From contig CAYNPN010000006.1 in the NCBI GenBank assembly GCA_964399085.1, positions 1 through 54,631 on the forward strand: a stretch of DNA of 54,631 nucleotides, read 5' to 3'. This DNA comes from Candidatus Hadarchaeota archaeon. GTDB taxonomy: Archaea; Hadarchaeota; Hadarchaeia; Hadarchaeales; JAGGTB01. Both the position numbers and the translations under genes were made by a program. Below are positions 50,022-54,631 of this stretch, one piece after another (the stretch's first letter is position 1; each line of letters starts with the position of its first letter). Under the pieces are notes generated by a model. The model saw only the letters and a program-made list of their open reading frames with translations, had not been told where the DNA came from and did not search any database.

Positions 50022-50627
50022 TTATACCTCCATTGTTTCCTCGGTCCAATTCCTTATTTCCTCGTCATATTTCCAAGTGTGATCGAAAGCCTTGTGTGCG
50101 AGGAATTGAAGCGTCTCATCTTTCAATCTCCCATTATTTTCCTTCATCTCTTCAATTATTTTTTTGTAATCCTCGGGCTCGACGACGGGAGCAACTCCTC
50201 CGTGTCTCAGAGCTCCCTTCGCTGCAGCCCTAATGAGGGTTGGACCACCTATGTCTATATTCTCAATAATCTCCTCCCTAGGGGCCCCTTTACTCACGGT
50301 CTTTTCGAAGGGATAAAGATTGCAGACTACCAAGCTAAAGGTCTTGATATCGTTTTTTTCCAAGTATTTCTCTTCCTCGTCCCTTTCTCCGTCCAGTAGA
50401 ATCCCCCCGTGGATTTTGGGATGGAGAGTTTTTACTAGCCCTCCGGGGGCCTCGGGAAACTCCGTGTAGGAAGAGACATCAGTAACCTCGTAACCCAAGT
50501 CCCTAATTTTTCCTGCCGTCCCCCCGCTTGAAATTATTTCGACGTCGGGATTAATTTCGATTAATCCTTCGACCAGTTCGCCCAAATTTTTCTTATCGGA
50601 AACGCTTATGACAACCGATTCTAACAT
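50022..50627 (-). CDS. purH: IMP cyclohydrolase domain (N-terminal MGS-like part of PurH)
   Basis: ISVSDK, SSGGTA, VKTLHPKIHGGIL, NLYPF, ENIDIGGPTLIRAAAK. Confidence 0.9.
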   Translation of the reverse strand: MLESVVISVSDKKNLGELVEGLIEINPDVEIISSGGTAGKIRDLGYEVTDVSSYTEFPEAPGGLVKTLHPKIHGGILLDGERDEEEKYLEKNDIKTFSLVVCNLYPFEKTVSKGAPREEIIENIDIGGPTLIRAAAKGALRHGGVAPVVEPEDYKKIIEEMKENNGRLKDETLQFLAHKAFDHTWKYDEEIRNWTEETMEV

Positions 50628-50790
50628 TTCCTTTTCTCTCCACTGATGTTAAATACCGAAATTTAAATGTGATTCCTAGATTTATTAATCTTAATTCTAA
50701 ATGCTTTTCGCTATAGATTGAATAGAGGTGGAGAACTAGGTAAGTCAGTAGAATCGGTGATACAATCCAATGATTCAAATTATTCTATAT

Positions 50791-50963
50791 GTGAACTACC
50801 TCCACCTAACTCGCCTCGCTCGTTAGGAAGAGGCTTCCCTTCTCGGTCTCTCCACTTGTAGAGCCAGAGGTGGAGACCATATCGGAAGGGGGCAGTGAAA
50901 CTAAACGCCGATTCATCACCCACCCAATCTACGATTGGGAAGGTGTCTTCTCGGCTCAATAAG
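50791..50963 (-). mobile_element. Non-autonomous IS200/IS605-family miniature element (PATE-like)
   Basis: Minus strand: TTTAT, then left-end hairpin CACC-TT-CCCAATC-GTA-GATTGGG-TG-GGTG, then right end GGAAGCCTC-TT-CCTAAC..GTTAGG-TG-GAGGTAGTTCAC; no ORF. Confidence 0.7.
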
Positions 50964-50980
50964 ATAAAATAATCCTGAAA

Positions 50981-51943
50981 ATGTTAAGTCCGTCTATCCT
51001 CGGCATATTTGCGAGCTTGTTGGCAGCGGCATTTTTCGGATTATACCCGGTGCCGAGAAGGCATGTAGAGTTTGGAATCAACGATTATATGATCAGCATG
51101 ACCTTGGGAGTTTTATTGTCAGCTCTGTCTTTCAGCGTATTTTCGGGCGTACCGTTCCTAAATCTGCCGCCCTACGAAATTATTGTCGGCCTGATCGCGG
51201 GAATTTTATGGGCGTTGGGAACTATACTCTACGTCTATGCAGTTGATTGTATAGGTGTGGGGAGAGCCACCCCCGTCAAGAATATTACGGCCGCTTTGGG
51301 GGTAATCTTTGGGTTGGTGATATTTCAAGAGTACAGAGGCCTAACTATTTCCAAATTCGTATTTCTCTCTATAGGGACAATTTTAATAATAGCTTCGGGA
51401 AAGTACCTGGGCTCGGTCCAGGGCAGGGAAGATGTTGCGAGGCCCTCTTGCCCCGTAGATTTGATAGTCCCCGAATTTTTGAGCGATGATGGGAAGACGT
51501 TTTTGACGGCCGGTTTAATATTTGCCGTTGCTACGGCCTTTGCTTACGGGGTCCAATCGATTCCAGTGAGGGTGTTGTCCTTTTCCACCGACAGCGTTTT
51601 CGAATTTCTACCGTATGTCGGATTTGGGGCTTTCCTAACTTCGATAGTATCCGACGCGACCCTTACTTCCAATCACACTTGGGGGGAGGTATCACCGAGA
51701 GGACATTTGACTGCGGCTTTCAGTGGCCTTCTCTGGACCGTTGCCTTCGTCGGACTCGCGATTGGGATAAAGCTGGTGGGGCTCTCTATCAGCTGGCCCT
51801 TGGCCATGTCGAGCAGCATTTTCGCCGTTCTCTACGGGCTTTTCATTGGGAGAGAAGTTATATTTGAGGAACATAGGAAGGAGATATTGCAAGGCCTTTC
51901 TTTTGGAATTTTGGGTATAGTACTCCTTGGATTGAGTTTATAA
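50981..51943 (+). CDS. DMT-superfamily transporter (GlcU/GRP-like sugar transport)
   Basis: AAFFGLYPVP, AGILWALG, IGVGRATP, SGLLW, VGLSISWP; about 10 TM. Confidence 0.75.
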   Translation: MLSPSILGIFASLLAAAFFGLYPVPRRHVEFGINDYMISMTLGVLLSALSFSVFSGVPFLNLPPYEIIVGLIAGILWALGTILYVYAVDCIGVGRATPVKNITAALGVIFGLVIFQEYRGLTISKFVFLSIGTILIIASGKYLGSVQGREDVARPSCPVDLIVPEFLSDDGKTFLTAGLIFAVATAFAYGVQSIPVRVLSFSTDSVFEFLPYVGFGAFLTSIVSDATLTSNHTWGEVSPRGHLTAAFSGLLWTVAFVGLAIGIKLVGLSISWPLAMSSSIFAVLYGLFIGREVIFEEHRKEILQGLSFGILGIVLLGLSL

Positions 51944-52094
51944 AGTAAATAGCGCTTTTTACTATCGAATTCCTTTAATAAAGGAGGATAACCATTTAGA
52001 TTATTTTGTGCATTCAAATAGGGAGAAATTAAATTCGATATTTAATAAAGTATTAATCGGACTAAATGTTTATTGAGGAGGACTCGGTTGGAAT

Positions 52095-53144
52095 ATGAAA
52101 AGTAGAGAAGGGCTCGAGGAAGAATTGAAGATTTACAAGGATAGGCTCGAGAAAGCCATGGGCGCCGGAAACCTGGCGTGGTGGGAGATGGAGCTACCCT
52201 CGGGCGAGGTCGTGTTCAACGATCGGAAGGCGGAAATGCTGGGATACTCCCCCGATGAATTTACCCATTACGAAGATTTCACGGATCTCCTCCACCCGGA
52301 GGATCACGACCGGACTATGAAGGCGATGAGGGATCATCTGGAGGGCGAAGAACCCAGGTATGAGGTGGAATACAGGATCGAGAAGAAAGATGGAGATTAT
52401 AAATGGTTTAGGGATGTCGGGGGAATCACGGAGGAGGACGAAGAAGGAGAATACAAGAAGGTTACCGGGGTCGTAATAGATATCGACGAAAGAAAGCAAG
52501 CCGAAGAAAGGGAGGAGTTTTTGCATTCTCTCCTGAGGCATGATGTGAGGAATAAGTTACAGATAGCTAAAGGTTACTTCGAACTGTTGGAGGATTTCGA
52601 TTTACCGGAGGAGGGCGAAGAATACATAGATAAGTCGGAAAAGTCCATTGATGAGGCCGTTAATATCACCCAGAAGGTGAGAAAACTGAGGAGGATTGAT
52701 CAGGAAGAGGAAATCGGGGAATTAAATCTAGCCATGATAATAGAAACCGTGGTAGATGAACATAGGGACCAGTTGTCGGAGAAGGGAATTGATATAGAAA
52801 GGAAAAATCTGGAAGCCGAAGTTATGGGAGGACCTCTTCTCGAGGAATTATTTTCTAATTTGATGGAGAATTCCATCAGACACTCAAACTGTGATTTGAT
52901 CAAGATTTCGGCTGGGGAGGATAACGGAGAATGGATAGTTACTTTCGAAGATAATGGGAAGGGCATCCCGGACAAGCATAAAGAAAATATTTTCGAGAAA
53001 GGTCATAAAATGGGTGAAACCGCCGGATCGGGGCTGGGCATGTTCGTTGTTAGGAGGGTAGCGGAAGTCTACGGTGGAACCGTGGAGGTCAAGGATTCGG
53101 AATTGGGAGGAGCTCGCTTTGATGTTCGCCTGAAAAAGGCCTGA
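52095..53144 (+). CDS. PAS-domain sensor histidine kinase
   Basis: PAS (MLGY, LHPED, EYRI..KDG...W), H box LLRHDVRNKL, N box NLMENSIRH, G1 DNGKGIP, G2 GSGLGM. Confidence 0.92.
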   Translation: MKSREGLEEELKIYKDRLEKAMGAGNLAWWEMELPSGEVVFNDRKAEMLGYSPDEFTHYEDFTDLLHPEDHDRTMKAMRDHLEGEEPRYEVEYRIEKKDGDYKWFRDVGGITEEDEEGEYKKVTGVVIDIDERKQAEEREEFLHSLLRHDVRNKLQIAKGYFELLEDFDLPEEGEEYIDKSEKSIDEAVNITQKVRKLRRIDQEEEIGELNLAMIIETVVDEHRDQLSEKGIDIERKNLEAEVMGGPLLEELFSNLMENSIRHSNCDLIKISAGEDNGEWIVTFEDNGKGIPDKHKENIFEKGHKMGETAGSGLGMFVVRRVAEVYGGTVEVKDSELGGARFDVRLKKA

Positions 53145-53251
53145 ATTTTGTTTTTAATTCACCCTCGAGATTCTTTTGAGTTTCTGCCATCCCCTAAAGT
53201 TATCAGGAAAACTCTAAAGAATGCAGTTCTAAAAACTATTCTACAGCAATT

Positions 53252-53336
53252 GCGGGGGTCGCCAAGTCAGGTCAACGGCGCAGCGTTGAGGGCGCTGTCC
53301 CATAGGGGTTCACGGGTTCAAATCCCGTCCCCCGCA
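53252..53336 (+). tRNA. trnL: tRNA-Leu(GAG)
   Basis: GCGGGGG/CCCCCGC-A; CAGCG-TT-GAG-GG-CGCTG; variable arm. Confidence 0.95.
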
Positions 53337-53398
53337 CTACTCAAACTTTTTAGAGTGAAAAAGGCAATTAGAGGTATATAATGGTTTTATTTTCGATT

Positions 53399-53434
53399 TA
53401 GAGGAAAATAAAATTATAGAGGAAAATAAAATTA
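53399..53434. repeat. Perfect 18-bp tandem duplication
   Basis: TAGAGGAAAATAAAATTA twice. Confidence 0.85.
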
Positions 53435-53523
53435 CTTACGGAGGTACTGTAAAAGTAATTAGATTTTTATAACTTCAGCTTGCTATATTAAAGGGATTCA
53501 AAAGTTTTAAGGGAGGTGAGGAA

Positions 53524-54282
53524 ATGAAATATGAGAATAGAATAAGACCAATCCAAAATATAAGTGCTATTAGTCCTTCAAAGTCAGTTCAAACTTACCT
53601 TTGTAATTTTAAAGAAGAACCAGAGGGAGGGATATATATTTTCTATATAGAGGGCCCTGATGAAGAGATAATTGTTGATGCAGGCGGTTCTGCAGAGTTG
53701 CTAAATAAGCGCGGTTACCGGGCGACCCAGATACAAGATTATAGAGAAGCCTTATCGAATGTGGGAACTGATGTCGAATCCATTGATAAGGTTATCTTAA
53801 CTCACTTACATCATGATCACTGTTGGTATGCAAATCGTTTCCCTAACGCAAAAATAATCGTTCAACGCTCCGAGCTAGCGGAGGCTATGATGCCGCATCC
53901 TATCCAAAGATCACTTTATGAACCTATTAAGGAAGTGATTGATGAAGTGGAGTTTGAGATAATAGAGGGACCTATGAAAATATCTGATGGAGTTAAAGTA
54001 ATTCCCACACCCGGTCATTCAGTGGGTGGACAGTCAGTCATTGTGGAAACAAAAGCTGGCAATGCAATTATTACAGGATTTTGTTGTATAGATGATAATT
54101 TCAATCCGCCAGAGGGATTTGGAGAAATTATAATTCCTGGTATCCATATTAATCCTAAAGAGGCCTATAGTAGCATGCTTAGGGTTAAAAACGAGGCTGA
54201 TATCATTATCCCTCTTCATGAGAAAAGATTTAGTGAAGTGGAAGTTATCCCTAATGACGAAACTTCTCTGTCTTCACAATAA
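53524..54282 (+). CDS. Metallo-beta-lactamase fold hydrolase (N-acyl homoserine lactonase-like)
   Basis: VDAG, THLHHDH, TPGHSVG, IIPLH; GGAGGTGA SD. Confidence 0.85.
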   Translation: MKYENRIRPIQNISAISPSKSVQTYLCNFKEEPEGGIYIFYIEGPDEEIIVDAGGSAELLNKRGYRATQIQDYREALSNVGTDVESIDKVILTHLHHDHCWYANRFPNAKIIVQRSELAEAMMPHPIQRSLYEPIKEVIDEVEFEIIEGPMKISDGVKVIPTPGHSVGGQSVIVETKAGNAIITGFCCIDDNFNPPEGFGEIIIPGIHINPKEAYSSMLRVKNEADIIIPLHEKRFSEVEVIPNDETSLSSQ

Positions 54283-54585
54283 GAAAATTTGGTAGTGACC
54301 CCGTAATGGTTGAAGTTTTGTCTGTACCACCCTAAATATCAGTTAGATAATGAAATTTATAGTGGAAGTTAAAAGGAGATTCAGAGATAATTCATTCCCT
54401 CCTCACAGAAACGGACATTAAATCAGAAACCACATCCCCTTTGAGAAATAAATAGGAGAGCAAAGGTCTGCACACGATTTCGGAAAAAGAATGTTATTAA
54501 CTGTGAGGAAGAAATTATTGATATGAAAATCTTATAATTTTGTATTTTGAAGAGTTTACTTACAATGGAAAAAGGAGGTGAAATA

Positions 54586-54631
54586 TTGGCTGATAATGTT
54601 GAAAACATATGGGAAGAGAAAGTGGAAATTT
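54586..54631 (+). CDS. 5' end of a CDS truncated by the window edge
   Basis: GGAGGTGA SD, then TTG and an open frame to the window end (MADNVENIWEEKVEI...). Confidence 0.45.
   Translation, partial: MADNVENIWEEKVEI

Noticed and set aside
53399-53434. Tandem repeat as a possible CRISPR remnant
   Set aside because: Only two abutting 18-bp units with no spacer; no CRISPR array or cas gene seen in the window.

Overview
Archaeal chromosomal window from a probable halophile: many proteins are strongly acidic, rpoB is unsplit and EndA is the short alpha4 type. An MSBL1/Hadarchaeota-like lineage is inferred but not verified. Most of the window is the conserved information-processing superoperon: rpoH-B-A1-A2-L30e-nusA-S12-S7-EF1a-S10, archease-rtcB (with intein), the L3...L15-secY cluster, cmk-cbf5 and S13-S4-S11-rpoD. 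Five tRNA genes are present: Trp with intron, Lys, two Ser and Leu. The most notable accessory element is an intact 2,202-bp insertion sequence (2567-4768; 24-bp TIRs, 8-bp TSD). Its IS256/ISH6-like DDE transposase carries a C-terminal WYL domain and is preceded by a small Cys/His protein and a palindromic operator-like site. Other highlights are a halocin-C8-like Cys-rich secreted precursor with three small membrane proteins next to a tRNA-Ser att scar, a 173-bp non-autonomous IS200/IS605 element that keeps an omega-RNA-like end, an unexplained 102-nt hairpin, tandem DUF106/Oxa1-family paralogues with extracytoplasmic N-terminal domains, a PPi-type PFK paired with a class II aldolase, and a purH split by one in-frame stop. 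All family assignments are from motif recognition by eye; no searches were run.
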